A stretch of 58,965 nucleotides of DNA, the filler included, from Globobulimina sp. (Eukaryota), in assembly GCA_003354225.1 (NCBI GenBank). It is 10 parts of 10 records of this genome, joined end to end, with 100 filler letters (N's around TTAATTAATTAA, not from the genome) between each part and the next. Parts side by side here need not be neighbours in the genome. Positions count along the whole stretch, not along the records: positions 53,172 to 58,965 come from PIVH01000441.1; 9 more parts are not named here. One strand, 5' to 3'. Under the pieces are notes generated by a model. It searched no databases. It was not told where the DNA came from and saw nothing but the letters and a program-made list of their open reading frames with translations. Both the position numbers and the translations under genes were made by a program. Positions 58,662 to 58,965 of this stretch are shown in pieces. Position 1 is the stretch's first letter; every line of letters begins with the position of its first letter.

Positions 58662-58961
58662 TCAATATAATTCTTCATATCGGCGGTCAATATCTGCTGC
58701 CTTGCTTTTAATCATTTTTCTTTCTTTCACAATTTTTTTAATATTTTGTTCCATCATAATTTTTATTGTGTCCATATACTCCGCCACCAATTTAATATCC
58801 GCAGCATCCATTTTTAATTCGCTTATATTAATCGCCATTACACCCCTTGAATAAACATTGCCCGCCTCACCATTGACAGCATCTTCTCTTTTTAAATTTG
58901 ATATAAATTTCTGCGTCAATCGCCCCGACAACCGAAATTGCCACCTTTTCACTTGTTTCAC
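58662..58961 (-). CDS. Partial hypothetical protein at window end
   Basis: Open frame running in from the contig edge, with a coiled-coil-like tail. Confidence 0.4.
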   Translation of the reverse strand: MKQVKRWQFRLSGRLTQKFISNLKREDAVNGEAGNVYSRGVMAINISELKMDAADIKLVAEYMDTIKIMMEQNIKKIVKERKMIKSKAADIDRRYEELY

Positions 58962-58965
58962 GATT

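Overview
This window is not one locus. It is ten unrelated contigs of about 5.8 kb, ordered by decreasing length and joined by artificial 100-nt N44-TTAATTAATTAA-N44 linkers. At least four sources appear to be mixed. (1) 1-5823: an animal contig, probably nematode (TTTCAG acceptors), with the first six coding exons of a HEATR5 gene and several MITEs in its introns. (2) Most other contigs: a compact, AT-rich protist genome with small GT-AG introns of about 50-90 nt (foraminiferan/rhizarian-like by inference). It encodes an arylsulfatase, TPR/SAM/MATH proteins, a class C GPCR, a class I glutamine amidotransferase-like protein, a DCAF-type WD40 protein, a degenerate Spo11/TopoVIA-like protein, a TMEM87-like protein, a tandem trypsin-fold pseudoprotease, an epoxide hydrolase, an R-S-ExE ADP-ribosyltransferase-domain protein, a CFAP20-like protein, a transmembrane CAP-Gly protein, SEH1 and an amine oxidase; the last contig carries an intron-containing hAT transposase. 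(3) 23664-29472: an intronless, extremely AT-rich contig with AAAATTGA motifs that looks like a giant virus (Imitervirales/Mimiviridae-like). It carries two chitin synthases of different classes next to a CBM2-GH18 chitinase, and is the most interesting system here. (4) 11843-~12265: a GC-rich bacterial TorD/DmsD chaperone fragment fused abruptly to protist DNA. All family calls come from motifs read by eye; no database searches were run.
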